Shown piece by piece: positions 1 to 13,823 of a stretch of 64,000 nt of DNA. How positions within the stretch are numbered: position 1 is the stretch's first letter; each line of letters opens with the position of its first letter. The translations under genes were made by a program, and so were the position numbers. The notes beneath the pieces are model-generated. The model made no database searches, was not told the origin of the DNA, and saw only the letters and a program-made list of their open reading frames with translations. The stretch comes from Marsupella aquatica (lineage: Eukaryota; Plantae; Marchantiophyta), in contig OZ316898.1 in NCBI GenBank assembly GCA_973895155.1, forward strand, positions 17,040,752 through 17,104,751, read 5' to 3'.

Positions 1-1354
1 ACCAGTGGAGCAAATGTAACCTCGTATTTGATGAGTATCTCTAAAAATCTCCGGATCTCGTACCTCTCCATCACTACCACCGTGCCCTTCATCCTCATCG
101 TAGCGCATCCCAACCCACAGATGCCGTAGATGTGAAACATAGGCATAAGGCCGAGGACAGTTCGGCCATTATCCCGAGCAACTTGCTCGTGGGAGAATTT
201 TCCCTCGACTTGGCAGAGAGTTTGGCAAAGATTACACACAAGGTTTCTATGGGTGAGCATCACGCCTTTTGATATACCGGTAGTGCCCGATGAATATGGG
301 AGAGCACATAGATCATCTGGAGAGATGTCAACTGAGGGGACCTTCGATCCATCTGCCTGGAACAAGGTCTGCGCGGAGATAGTTCCTTTCGGAGCCTCGC
401 CGCCCAATATCGCTATAGGAACATCAATGTCGGTCATCTGGAATCGAAATTGAGATAGTGAGAGTCATCCTAAATCAAGCAACAAGTCGTCCCCCGATGG
501 CTGCTTTGAAGCACTCGTGTGAAAAAGAATTTGAACACGCTCTTGCAATTTGAAACTTACATATAGCATGATCTTGTTTAAAACTCTATGGACGGCTTAA
601 CACAATAATTCCACCGTTAGCACAATTGATCAGTGACTTCATATTCGGAGACGACTTTGACCTGCAGACAACCAGGTTTGAAATGTATTTGTCTAAAGAT
701 TTACTTCGATCTGTTTATCTAGATATAGATTGGATGAAGTTCCCTTAAATCCTAAACCTCACGTCTTAAAATTGTAGATGGAGCTTTATGAACAGACTTA
801 CAAAAAGGAATCTGTTCTTATGAACAAATTGACTCTTGAGCTGTCATTACTCAGAATCAATCACTCGATTTAAGTGTCAGTATTCAAGTTCTAGCTAGCG
901 GGAGAGTTGAACCGCTCCTCCGTCGTACCTTGACAAAAGCTGCAGGATCAGTAATGATGAGCTTCGCTTCCGAATCGCTCACTTGCTTGGCGATTTCCTT
1001 CGGATGAGCATAGGGGTTAACTCCTGAAAAGACACCTCCAGCGCTCATAATGCCAAAGACGAGAAGGAAGTACTCCGCCGTGTTTGGGAGGACAATGCAA
1101 ACGACGTCTCCTTTCTTGATGCCCAGCTCAATCAGTCCTGCGGTGACATTCTTCACCAAACTTTGAACCTGCCCGTAAGTATACTTTCGCTCATCTGAAC
1201 TGTCGACGATGGCGACTTTGTCAAGGTATGAGTCCACAGCTTCCAGAACAAACTGGGGAAGTGTCAAATTATCCGGAAACTTGAAAGCTGGTACGCTGCT
1301 CTCGTATATATACTCACGATCAGATGATCCGGTTTCAGCAGCAACAGTCGACAT
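1..1354 (-). CDS. 4-coumarate:CoA ligase-like acyl-activating enzyme, 5' part (exon 1 1354-929, exon 2 437-<1; continues beyond window)
   Basis: ATG at 1354, GT donor after AFVK (928), CAG acceptor at 438-440. Exon 2 translates [26 protein letters not shown] (AMP-binding box I) and LMPMFHIYG, typical of the 4CL family. Confidence 0.9.
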
Positions 1355-2686
1355 GGTGGCCTGATCGATCGAGGTTCCTTGCAGTCCGTGAGTGTGAAAC
1401 TTTTTCAAAGTAGCCTTCTGTTGTCCCGATGCACTTGAGTCGATGATTACGCAGTTTCCGCTGGAAGAATGTTGTCACTGTTTCGTGGCGTGGTGCTACG
1501 ACAATATGAAAAGCCTGGCTGCACCACATGTAGAACCAAACTAATTTTAGAACTAGATTATTGCCAATGCTCATTCCTGTGCATTTGAAACTGTCAACTG
1601 TCTTTTGTTGTTTGGACATCAAAATGGTACGTACAATTTCTAGTTCTGCAAAATTTCCTATGATCAGCCCATCGAATTTATATAGCTTACGGAGACAATA
1701 TTCCGAGGAATGAACTACATGAGGTGAAAGATTCAAGTTTTCTCTTCCAATGCTAGACCGCTGGAAACTGGTGAGGGATTACGACTGTGTCGTGCAGCTG
1801 GCGGACTGAAATTTCGACAAGGCCTGGTTTGATCCTACATTAGTTTGCGGCTTCCAGGACACTTCGACATAGACAAAACGGTCTTCGCATTGAAAGAATT
1901 CAACGGTATCATTTAAGATATCTGTTCATTGGAGATAGAGCTCACGTACGCACATGTATACCAATAGATGTAAAAGTCAGTGAGACCTTTCCGCGTAGCT
2001 ATTGTAGCGCAGTGAAGGTCCAATCGTAAACACGAAAAACTATCCACCACAAGATCCTGAGTGTTCATTTCATTGCTTCCAACATAGCACCTAACTCACA
2101 TTAAGATATGACCACTGAACGAGACTCTTCGGAAGTTGCAGCTGCACAGACTTGTCCGTTGCCTTGCGAGATCAGCTTGATTAGATCCTGCTCTGCATTG
2201 ATTCACCTCGCATTCCCTTCTAACGGATCTATCATGGAAGTCTCCAATCAGTCGCCACTTTTAGACAGTAGTTCTTATAGAGCCACTAGCTAGTTCAAGA
2301 CCTTCGCAGCTGAGTGCAGAATACTGGGAAAGGCACGATTGAAGCTAACTCAAGATAGAACTTATACACATAGCTAAGCAGGATGAAGCCAGCTGCCCCA
2401 GTTGACAGACTTCCCAGTCCAGAGGACAGACTTTGCGGTTTGATTGTCCCGTACTAAATGTCACAAGATTACATACTTTGCTGTCTTGTCGAACCGTACT
2501 GGATGTCACAGCTTCGCTGATCATGATTTTGAGCAGGACCTGAAATCGAACGATTTTGGTCATATGTGTGCGAAAAGAAAGATGGATGCGAAGGTCAATG
2601 CTGTAGAGAACAGGTCGATTAGGATGCAGAAGCAAAGAAGTCATCAGGTCAGGAGTTCTGGGTAGGCGAACGACACGTACATGCAA

Positions 2687-3059
2687 GGAGAATGGCATCA
2701 GAGTTGAAATCAAAGAGGGCCATGCTAGATACCACTGTGGATTTGGCGAGAAGCCAAACTCAGCCTAAACTCGTGAGTCATAATGTCTAGGTTGTATTTG
2801 CACGTCCATTCGTGTGGGTAGATCAAATGTGTGGATTTGTATCATCTCAGACACCTTAGTGAGCAGATCGAGAGCAGATAGGAGAATGGCATCAGAGTTG
2901 AATTCAAAGAGGCCCATGCTAGATACCACTGTGGATTTGGCAAGAAGCCAAACTCAGCCTAAACTCGTGAGAATGTTTCGGTTGCATTTGCACGTCCATT
3001 TGTGTGGGCAGATCAAATGTGTGGCTTTCTCAGATACCTTAGTGAGCAGATCGAGAGCA
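2687..3059. repeat. Direct tandem duplication, ~194-bp unit x2
   Basis: ggagaatggcatcagagttgaa...accttagtgagcagatcgagagca occurs at ~2687-2878 and ~2881-3059. Confidence 0.85.
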
Positions 3060-5464
3060 CCGACGACCTCTCAAGTAAGAATTTCAATTGTCAACTGTAG
3101 TAGATCGCCGGACTTGACCCACATTATTTGCCATCAGCGTACCAGTGAATGGAAGAAGTGAACGCCACATGGGTGAGCGAGTGCAATTGGGCACAAAGAA
3201 GAAGCTTTGGAAGTATGAGAAATTTTTTCAAGCTTTCGTCTTAATTGTGTGGTCGGTAACACTATTTCCTTGCCATCGGTGATACCCAATTTTCAAGGGC
3301 ACCCTAGAAGTACTGTTACTAGAAGTCAGACTAATTTGGGAGAGGTATAACTCTAATTTGGGTACAGCAACACAACCGAAAACTTTAATCCCCTAAAAGA
3401 CACAAAAAAAACACCTAGACTCTTGAGTTTACTCGCACTCATGCAGAAGGTATTGTATGATGCAAGTAGACTGGAAGTTTTGCAAGCAAGGAGAGTATTG
3501 TTAGCTAGTCCCGAGTGGTTCTTAATGTCATTTGATTTTTGCTGACCATTTGTATGTCTAGTGCATTTCTAAGACCCCATATGGCTAGTGAGTTTGCTAG
3601 CCAAAAGAGGAGTCCCAAAATTGGCTTTTAGTAACCAGGTTTTCGCTAGCTATTGGTTAATTACAGACTAAGTTTGCTAGCAAAGTTGGGTTTTTTTCGG
3701 AAATTTGCTCAATATTTCTTGCATGCTACAATGATCCGTAGGGAGTAAAGTATACATCTCACCAGCAGTTTTGGGCATTTCCGTTTAGCAGGAGACTTTA
3801 TGGTGACTTGGCAACGGACCCGAAAAGTTTTTTGTTACGTACTAGTCGCCCATAAAGTTTACGGAGCACTCTATTGATGGAAGAATTTCGTAGAATACTA
3901 TTTTAGTTTAAGTAAACTCAAGAATCTCAGTATTTTCCAGTGCTTCTCAAGGAGAGTGATGGGAGCATTTCGAGAAGAACATTTGGAGTCAATGGACTTG
4001 AATTATTGTCACAGACAGTACCTGAATTAGTGTGGACTCAGTATTACTTGTTGTACAGGAATTAGTGTGATCGGAGACAATTGCTCACCCTGATTAGGGG
4101 AAGTTTATTGAAGGACTGTACAAACATCGTTTCCATATCCCAAACAGTTTCAGTTCTTGATCCTCAACGAAGGATTATGTTAGGTGTGAAACTAAAGGCC
4201 AGAGATGACTTAGAAGATTGGACTTCGCTGAAGAGGGCTCCGCCTTTCTCTATAAATAATGGCATACTTTTCAGGATCATGAACTTGGTGGAGCAAAATG
4301 CAACGATCCTAGCAACCAAAACTAATGTAACGAGTAGACTAGGAAGCTCGGTTTTTCTGGCTCATGGCTCTCCGTATGATCCACTGCTCAGTATCTCCAG
4401 GGCCCATAATCGTATCTGCAATCGTGTGGGTAAGTGGAAATCTGAAAGTAACGAAAAATTAGATTTGAAGAATGTTAAATGGTGAACGGGCAGGGATTTG
4501 GCAGAGATCTTTGGTATCAAAAGAGGGCCAATTCCAAGCTGGAGCACAAGGTAGTGCCCTCTTTTTATTCCACCTTGTGGTCATCGACCTTTGCAGAATT
4601 GAAGTACATACTGTTAACAAAATCTAAAAGTATTCATATCTAATATAATCGAAATGGGTGCTGCCGTGAGAGATTAAATGTCAAAAGCTATTCATCCATC
4701 CATTGTTATATAAAACGCCTTTCCCAAAGTTCTATTGAATCCATTTCGTAAGTTCTTCTGTCTTTCTGCAAATTTCGATGTGTTCCAGAATAACGAGAAA
4801 TACTGTAACTAGCGACAACAGGTGGCCAGAAGATGCTGTGCACTTAGTTTGAGTATGAATTACAAACGTTGCCACAACATTCTTCCGATCCAACCTGGGA
4901 TCGTAGCTCTAGTTCTTCGGGTGGACTTCGGTTTTGGGTCGCATGGGGTCCACGACATTCCACGGGAATGCTCATATTTCCCCCCTTGCAAATATACCGC
5001 TCTGGCCAAATATACTTGTACAGTCGAATGGCAAAAAACTTCAACGTGGCGAACACCGCTTGCAAGGATTCGACTCTCGATCACGGTTTGCCGAAAGCCT
5101 GATCATGTGTTCATGGTGAGCTTGACATATTTTACGCTACCTAGCTCATTTAAATCCCGTACAAAATCTAAAACACGCAAAACCAAGGAGAATGCACAGC
5201 CCGGGCTCCTCATTCCTTCACAAAGTCCTGGAGTATGAGGCGAGTTTTCTAACTGGGAAAGAGTTTCTAATGACTTTGAAGCGCATCCTCGATCAGTTGA
5301 AGAGACTACAAATAGAATACTGAAAAGTTCCGTTATACACTTGGTCTCCATCTAGTGACGACTATCTATTGGGCTTCTATTAAGTGTTACTTCCAAAACA
5401 GCAGAGAAACTTCCATTAAATTTCATACAAATTTTGGAACGAACGAATGATTCTAACTGGAACA

Positions 5465-5578
5465 CTAACTTTTGGGAAGATTCTCCCTTACAATCTTAGC
5501 CGGGATTATGCCCAACAAGTTTCCAATCTTGCCAGGCAATGCTCCTCTGATGAGCAAAGCATGCATATCATCCTCTAA
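5465..5578 (-). pseudogene. Diverged duplicate of the last 37 codons of RPL3, downstream of the gene
   Basis: Translates [37 protein letters not shown] versus the gene's [37 protein letters not shown]. Confidence 0.85.
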
Positions 5579-5643
5579 TCTGTGTTAATTCCAAAACAGC
5601 AGACAAAAGTTACAGTACAGTGAAAACAATTTTAACTGAGAAA

Positions 5644-6760
5644 CTAACTTTTGGGAATGTTCTTCCCTACAATCTTAGCTGGGGTAATGCGTAACAAGTT
5701 TCCAGCTTTCCCAGGCAATGCTCCTCTGATTAGAACTGCATGCATTTCATCATCTACTTTAATAATCTCCAGTTTCCTTATCTTGGCTCTGCCTCCTCCA
5801 AGGCGACCAGGCATTTTCTTCCCAGGATACACACGTCCAGGGGTGGTACCCGCACCAATAGATCCTAACTGCCTGTAACTCTTCGATCCATGGGTCCTTT
5901 GTCCTCTTGCAAAATGCCATCTCTTGATACCCCCTGCATACAAGGCCAGGCAGAGAGAGACCCCAGGGCAGGGAACAGCCAAAGTAGATCAGAAACTGAA
6001 TTCAACCAAGCAATGCCAATTGTATCCTCTAACACTCTAGCCCGTAAAATTTATGGCAACAGCAGCTGGAAGAGAGAATGTACGAGAGAGAAAAAGAGAA
6101 ACTTCACGCACCAGCAAATCCCTTTCCAATCGAATTGCCTGCCACATCAACCAAGTCACCTTCCTTGAAGAGCTCGTCCAACTTCAGCTTCTGCCCAGGT
6201 TCATAACCTTCAGAGGAAACCAACCTGAACTCCTGCAGGTGCCTCATGGGGATGACTTCCACCTTCTTCAAATGGCCAAGCTCCGGCTTCGTGAGCTTGG
6301 TGTCCCTCACTCTCCTGTACCCCACCTGAACTGCAGAGTAACCATCAGTGGCCCGCGTCTTCACCTGCGTCACGACATTCCCCTCGTGAAATCCCACCAC
6401 CGTCACCGCCACTGCATTTCCCTCTGGGGTGAAGTAGGTCATCATCCCCATTTTGGTCCCCATGACGCCCACACCAGCCTCCATTGCCATTCTCACAGCT
6501 CCCTTCGAGGCCGAGCTGCTGCTGCCCCCCACAACCTGGGAAATGGAAGCCGCGACCATGGAGCTGAAATCCTCCGAGGAGGCCTTTGCTGCTGCTTTCA
6601 GGGGCAGAGCAGCAGAGCCACACCGCAGGCCATGGAACGGGGGCAGGAGCACCACCGACGAGGATGTGGAGCACGTCGAGGTCGCTGCTGCCGGAGCTTT
6701 GGCGATGGAGAGGGAGGCGAGACTCGATGACAATTTCGCAACGGAGCACATGGAAGCCAT
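5644..6760 (-). CDS. RPL3: Plastid 50S ribosomal protein L3 with transit peptide (exons 6760-6112, 5933-5644)
   Basis: Ser/Ala-rich transit peptide, then [25 protein letters not shown]|GIKRWHF and [13 protein letters not shown]. The GT-AG intron joins the two ORFs in frame. Confidence 0.95.
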
Positions 6761-6925
6761 CGCTGCTGCTGCTTGCTTCCCCTCCCCTCACCGATAATTC
6801 ATATCGAGAATGGATGACGATGATTCTGAAGAACGTCGCAGGAATTCTTCGAACGGAGAGACGAAATTCGGATTACACAGAGTGTAGAAGAGATATGGTC
6901 GAGCCACCTCGCCCACCACACCTCT

Positions 6926-7820
6926 GGTCAGGTTAAGCTTTTGAACCAGAGCTAGCCTTTCAGAGTATAGTACTGCACTGGCGGGTTAGCTTTTGAACCA
7001 GGGCTAGCCTTTCAGAGGAGTGTATTGTACTGGCCGATTTGGCTTTGAACCAGGGTTAGCCTTTGTGTTTTATATCTTGAATGAAGTACTTTACATAAGC
7101 GAGAAGCTAGCCTTTGTGTGTTATATCTTGAATGGAGTATTTTACTTAAGCGAGAAGCCAAAACCCAAAAAAAAACCGGAGTCACCGGCCAGACCAGAAC
7201 CGGTCAAAGGCCAACCGTCACACCAGGACCAGACACGTCCAGTCCAGGGGACCAAGGTAAGAAAGGGAAAGTGACGCAAGGAGGCAAAATGCCACCCATC
7301 AAAAACAATTGAAAACACCCCAGACCAGAGGGCTGACTCAGCCAAGAGAATGGGAAGAGACTTAGCGACTGAATCCCATGCGTAAATCTCAACATGGAGA
7401 ATTCACCTTCCACAACACAAAAAACAATCCAAACCTACCGTACAACTGCCAGGCCCACAACAAAAGTAACTAGGGGGGGCAGAAACTACAAAAGGGCTAA
7501 CCTTTCAGAGTAGTGTACTCTACTGATGAGCTACGCTTTGAACCAGGGCTAGCCATTCAGAGTAGTCTACTCTACTGGTGGGTTACACTTTTGAACCAGG
7601 GTTAGCTTTTGAGAGTAGTGGACTGTACTGGTGACATAAGCTTTGAACCAGAGTTAGCCTTTCAGGAGTACATTGTCCTGTACTGTGAGGGCACTCTCGC
7701 ACCTCTGGTGAGTTCAGCCTTGAGCCAGGGTCAGCCTTTCAGGGTAGAGTATATCCTATTGTACCCTGAGAGCAATCTGGTGAGTTCAGCTTTGAACCAG
7801 CATTAGCCTTTCAGAGTAGG
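6926..7820. repeat. ~52-bp minisatellite array (core GGTTAGCTTTTGAACCAGGGCTAGCCTTTCAGAGTAG) interrupted by a ~330-bp unrelated insert (~7160-7490)
   Basis: TTTGAACCAG-type cores recur at ~6940, 6992, 7044, 7537, 7590, 7642, 7719 and 7791. Confidence 0.85.
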
Positions 7821-8369
7821 AACATGGGTGCCTAGGCAGAGTCCAAAGAGCAACCCCAAAGGAAGGTCTGCTACAGTAGTTCAAAAGCAATGTACACCTT
7901 TAAAATTTTGCACAATAGTCTCTAGCCTGGGGAGCCATGAGCTCTTGTCCAGGCAGGAAAGCATTCACTTGAAGGGCCTCACCCGGCCTGCTAATTGAGT
8001 GTAGGAGTGCCCAAGCACAGTGGGAACAAGGTGGGGGCAGGGTGCTGTGCTTGCCATACAGGGGAACGGGGAGGAGGCCAGCTATGGTGAGCCAAGCTTG
8101 CTATAAACACTTCCAGACATTGTGATTGGCAGACCAGTGCAAGCGCTTTTATAAATCAGTTCGGTTCGGATGGACTGCAAACTGTAGCCATTAGGTTGGC
8201 ACACAAAATAATTATGAATAATTAGGATGAACCTGTCACTAGTAGTCTCAACCCCTTCTCAGCTTCCATACCCCCAGAGTCAGGGTCGTGAGGCTTCACA
8301 CTAGGCCTTTACTAGGTAGCTTAGGCTTTCAGTGCACAGAAGTTTAGATAACCTTTGTTTTCTTTTAGA

Positions 8370-9379
8370 CTAGCTCAGTACTCAGGTGTTGCGCAAAAGA
8401 TGTTGTTTGCATGAAAACTATCATTGTGTAAAAGATGTAGTTTGGGAAAAAGATGTTATTTCCTTAAATAAGTTGATGCGTGAAATATATCAATGCATAG
8501 AATATGTCATTGTGTAAAAGATATCATTGCGGGAAAGATATTGGTGATGTTGTTACAAAAACATGTCATTGCAGAAAATATGTTGTTGGTGTCATTGAAA
8601 AAAATGAAGTTGTGTAGAAGATGTAATTGTGAAACAGATGTTATTTTGGGGTTTTCAAGGCATGACGTGTGTGCCCAAAGAAAGAGCAAAAGATGTGTAG
8701 ACATGCCAAGGTCTGTAATTTTTAGTTTTGGGGGAAAGATGTGTGTGAACAAGAAAGAGCCAAAGACAGATAGTGGTATAGGCCAGGCATTTGGGGCAAA
8801 GGGCAGTGGGAGTCCCTTGGGCAAAGGCTAATAATTAAGCAGGTCTATTTGGGCTTTGAAAAGAAAAAATGGTGGAATGGCTGACTTGATAGTGTATTAC
8901 ATGAGTTTAATTTTGGCTTGTAGTCCCTACAAAATGTCACAACCAGGAAACTCTGTCCGGAATTGACTGGGCAGACCATGTTTTGGACTTTGTGCCATTG
9001 TTTGCACAAAGTACTTGTCTGGGAGGTGGAGCCTGGGGAGGGTTGAGGATTAAAGGAGGACAAATCCTCATTGATCCTTTCTCGTCCCCTCTCTCCTGGA
9101 TTTCTTCCTTGTTTTCCAGTCTCTTTATGCCTCGTCCTCTATTTTCCCGTTTCCGCATACCTCCTCCTTGATTTGTTGCTTTCCTAATTTTATTTTTGGC
9201 ACTGCAAACATTAGATTGTGAATGATGACCACTCTACAAAGTGGCAGGACTTTGTTTTATAGATTTTAATAACTATGCTGGAAACCCTGTTTTATTTCCT
9301 AATGCGCAGTTTAGGAATATTCTAAGTTTCTTTATGTAAACACTGATTTTCTATATAGCTCTATAGTTAAATATAGAGA
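8370..9379 (-). mobile_element. Non-autonomous Helitron-like element
   Basis: Minus-strand 3' end TGAGCTAG|T at 8370 and a TC-like 5' start (TCTCTATATTTAAC) near 9379. The internal degenerate AAAAGATGTT-type minisatellite and other blocks are shared, inverted, with ~35440-36393. Confidence 0.55.
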
Positions 9380-9879
9380 AATGATAGTTTTCATTGCCTT
9401 GTCATGTGGAAGCAAAACAAATTATCTTTCAGCATAGGCAGGCTCTAGCCTGACTGTCCCTAGAGTACAAGCAAGGTCATTGGGACCCCCCTCCATCCGG
9501 TGACGATGCTTTAACCGGCAATGGTAACCAGGTTTTGGTGAAGACTGAACTAAACTAATCATCTTTGCCTCTGATGGATTCATATGTCACCCTACACCCC
9601 TCCTTTGAAAGTGATCCTATACCCTCCTTCCCTCTCTCATGTAGGACTTGGCTCCCCAGGCTCAAACTCACCGCCATTATTCCTGGGCATCCAAGATTGG
9701 AAGTGAGCATAAAGATCCCATAGCTGGAAACGGTCACGCACAAATTAAAATGGGTATGTTGCTTTCAAACAAGCGGGACCTATGAGATTCTCTCTTGAGG
9801 CAGGACTTGACCTAGACACTCACTCCCCTTTTCACTTGGCTAACCATTTAAAGGACAGGGTGGTTTCTAGTGCATCATA

Positions 9880-10280
9880 AGAGCTCTAAAAGCTATGCTT
9901 TTCATCTACTCCAGGCCATTTCCTTGGTTCATGAAAATGGGCTTACCTACTATCCCTAATAGGAGTGGTTACTTGCATTATCAGTTATTTTTATTAAATG
10001 TTGCCCTTCAACAGTTCGTTGTTTGTGCTCCAGAAGAGCTGTAGAAGGTATGCCTGCCATCTACTCCAGGCTATTTTCTTCTTTCATGAAAGTCACTTGA
10101 ACTCATCCCAAAGCAGTTCAACACTTTGTTGTTCATGCTTCAGAAGAGCTCTCGAGGTCATGCCTTCCATATTCCAGGCTATTTTCTTCTTTCATGAAGT
10201 CACTTAAAGCCTTCTGAAAGACGTTCAACACTTTGTTGTTGGTGCTCCAGACGAGCTCTAGAATTCATGCCTTTTCATCT
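9880..10280. repeat. Degenerate tandem repeat, ~110-150-bp unit, 3-4 copies
   Basis: Recurrent gaagagctct...catgcct...tccaggctattttcttctttcatgaagtcactt. Confidence 0.75.
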
Positions 10281-10828
10281 AACATGTTCTCTGTTCTGCT
10301 AAACTCATCTGATTTGAACTTTAGCTAGTCAAAAATAGCAACTGGGCCAACAATGCTCGTAAAGGTAAAAACACTGTAGAACCGAGAACACTGGACGAAA
10401 AAAGTTGAAGCAGTTTAGAACATTCAGTCTGAAGGAAACTTAACTCCATAGTCGGACGCACTATGCACGAACAAATTGTACTTCAATGCACCAAATCTTT
10501 AAAAAGTTTGCATTCACTTTTCTCGTAAAGAATCAAGTTTCCACGTGAGTTTCAAGTCCACTGATCATAGTATTTCCCGTCGTGTGTAGGACATACCACC
10601 AAGCTTCGTTGCTTGAGAAGAGCTCATCTTCAAAGCTCAGTCAAAGCTCCTATCTCAAAGAATGAGACTCTAACGAACATCATCAGTGAGAGGGTTGCTA
10701 GACTTCAAGCACTACGACTACAAAACTAACCCTGGATTAAGGTCCACGGGGGACCACCCTAAAAACTCGATGCTGCATTTGAAAGAATGACAACTAAAGA
10801 TGTAAAGCATGCCTAAACCTGTGCGCCA

Positions 10829-13823
10829 TTACATGCTCAAATCAGATGATTCGAGCAGTTGCTTCAGAACTCCTTCGGCCCTCTGCTCGACTCTGGGTAG
10901 TACCCACTCATGTTGCACCAGCTCAAGCCCATCTTTCTCAGCACCAAGAGCCTGCAAGTTGTATGCAGATCATGCAAAGATCAGAGAACGAACATTCATA
11001 CAACTTAGCTACTACTGCGGACCACTTCGAAACCAAGCCTTAAAGGATGTTCAAATCTGACTATGTAACCACATCAGATTGTACGTAACACAAGTAAACG
11101 AGCCGGAATTAAATTAGGTATTTTCGAGAGGCCAACTCTTGTTACATGACAGCCCTTGACAAAAGCGGCATTGGCCTTGAGGTATAAAAGTAGACATACC
11201 TTGGCGGGATCCGCCCCTAATCCCCCCATCTGCATTGCCATTTGGGTTTGCATCAACCTTTGTGTATCATCGGTGGCTGTGACATCAATAACATTTTGCA
11301 TTAGTCAAACCAACAGACCTACTAACATGGCTGTAGATAACAACAGACGAGCATCACAGAAGTTTTTGAATGGCTATGAACGATATTCAACCCACTTACC
11401 ATTTTCTTCCCCAAGAATCAAACTGAAAAGGCCCCTCAGACCAAAGAGATTCAAGAAATACCTGCCATGACATAAGGACCAGATTGTTATCAAATGATGC
11501 TGCATATCACACTGATCAAACATACATCCTTGATACCTGTGTACCTTGATCTACTTTTATCCCAAAACGTTGAGCCTCCTTCAAATTCAGTCATTAATTG
11601 AATATTGCACCCAAAGAAAATAACAGCAATCTTCTAAACACAAGTAGCTGCTCACACCAACATTCACTTCTCAAAACATCAACGGAAAAAGCGAACACCC
11701 TTCCATGAACCTAGAGATACCGATCAAAAGTAAAACATAGTCACAGCAACTACACCCTTGCATGCACGAGACGTCCATTTTAACCTAATATTCAATTTCA
11801 TGTAAAAAAAACTGGTGCCTTCAAAATGATAAATATAGGTCCAGCAAAATGAATTCGTCTGCAATCAAGAGGAAATCAATGACCTCGAAAGACGGACCTT
11901 AGGGAAAATGATAGCTTACCAAGAGCGACTGCTGACATAGCTCACATCTACAGAGCTAAGATCAATCCCATTCTGCAGCATTGCTCTGAAGCGCTGTGTC
12001 AAGGGAAATGGAATTTTGGCTGCAAATTCAAGTTTCTTGTCAGGGCCAGGAGACAGGCTCCAATGCTTAGCTTCAGCGCCAGAAAACTAGAATATTGTCT
12101 TCGCCCCCTTACTAGTAACTAGCACATATAGGATCACGTTTCCTGAGCCAAGTACAGTAGCCTAAGAATCTCTGGCAGGCATGGACGGAGGTGGCGAAAT
12201 TACACAATTCGTCAAACTACGCAAGCTTCAGGGAAGCAAGGTTGTTGCAGAGACCTTTCAATTTTTTAACGGTCCCGCTAAAAACGCCTTTGTACAACGG
12301 AAATGCAAAAGGCGATATCCAAAGATAACTCGATTGTAGTGCACAAACAATTGTAAGTACAGTATTATTTAAGAAAAAACTCATGGAGACACAATCCAGG
12401 TATTTGAAAGAATCTGGAGGACTTGCCTGCAACAAAACCCGAAAAGAAGAAGTTCACCCAGGCAAAAGTAAGAGTCTGCAGAAGATCCAACAACGTACTT
12501 CAGCATCGTTAATATTGAACTTCGAGATGGATTGTAAACTAGCACAGGAGAGGAGACCTGTAATTCACTTGATAATATTACACAGTAGTTACAGTAAGAC
12601 CTATATTCCCGACACACAATTCTGTATTGAGATGTTTAGACTCAAAGTCCTGAAATATTCGTACTCGACGAAGTTCCACTGACACCCAGGATTGTTTAAA
12701 TAAGATGAAGGACACAATAGGGTTAGGGATGACGTCACCTGCGGTACGATCATCGACAGATTTTTCTTCATCATATCCATGGCCATATTTGGGTCTGAAA
12801 ACATCTGAGCTTGCATGTTCGTGCCCTGCCCTTTCGGTATATGTAAGAGGCCATTTTCCTGCCCACAGGATACCCTAATTAGAATAATGGTCAAACTACA
12901 TCAAGAGCTCCAGCAGACATGAAGGACGTAAGATGGGGGGAATCGGAAACAATTCACAGAAGACAAGTTTACACACTTCATTGTTGTAGTAGGTGCGGCG
13001 ACGAAGGAAAGACTTTGAGGGGATGTAGTTTGCAGAGGCCCTCAAGTATCTCGCTCTCAACAAAATTTGACTACAATCCACATCCATCATGTCAGTATCA
13101 AGATAGTGCGGAAGGCACTACCAGCCAACCAATGTACAACCCGAGCAAAACCCATGAAATAACATCCCTAACCAATCACGCACAATATGGCTGTTCCATC
13201 ATCATTTTTTACATTCTTACCCATTGTAACGCAAAAGCCATTCTTTATGACAATTGCTGCCAAAGTTTTACCCCTAAATTCTCAGAACCTTCCAAGGTAC
13301 TCCAATTCCAGAAGTGATTATTGGATGCTCAGGCTGCCATTCTATTGGGCAAGAACTTCCAGAAAACCAGGAGTTCAACTAGTATCGATTCAAGTACGGA
13401 CGTATACTGGACTAAAGATCCGGGATTTTCAATGTGTTTCGCGGAAGTGGGAAATTACAACTTATTCCTGAAAGGTACTGTAGTATCATGCGTCTTACAA
13501 GTGCACCAAGCTGCCCATCCAGATTTACGTTATTGACTCTTTTCCCTCAACGACCTAATATCTCATTCTAAGCGGCCCACGACCAATCCAAAGCACAACG
13601 AGACACAGGAAATGTAAAAACATCAAACTGGACTAATCGAGGCATGCCGCACGCGAAATTGGCATACATACCTTTCCTTCAGTGCTTTGACGTCCGGATT
13701 CGGAGCCGTTCGCATGAGCTTGGACACAAAATGGCGCAGGATACCGATCAAGACCATGACAACAGAGAGGGGCACAAGCACCCAGTCCCTGATCTGGGTA
13801 TCGAGAACCAAATCGTTCGCCAT
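10829..13823 (-). CDS. EMC3: ER membrane protein complex subunit 3 (exons 13823-13672, 13070-12977, 12858-12739, 12475-12427, 12019-11920, 11461-11400, 11276-11200, 10951-10829)
   Basis: [17 protein letters not shown]-terminus, [32 protein letters not shown] and [17 protein letters not shown]. All splice phases are consistent. Intron 4 has a GC donor. Confidence 0.95.

Noticed and set aside
3700-4485. 134-aa ORF and coding-like sequence
   Set aside because: No motif I can identify, and the start is non-ATG. Possibly a decayed gene but unsupported.
6053-6936. Long + strand ORFs over RPL3 (similar shadows over the helicase, COBL and TLP)
   Set aside because: Antisense or alternate-frame shadows of real GC-rich coding exons.
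6926-7820. CRISPR-like appearance of regularly spaced palindromic repeats
   Set aside because: The intervening sequences are homologous to each other rather than unique spacers, the context is eukaryotic and no cas genes are present.
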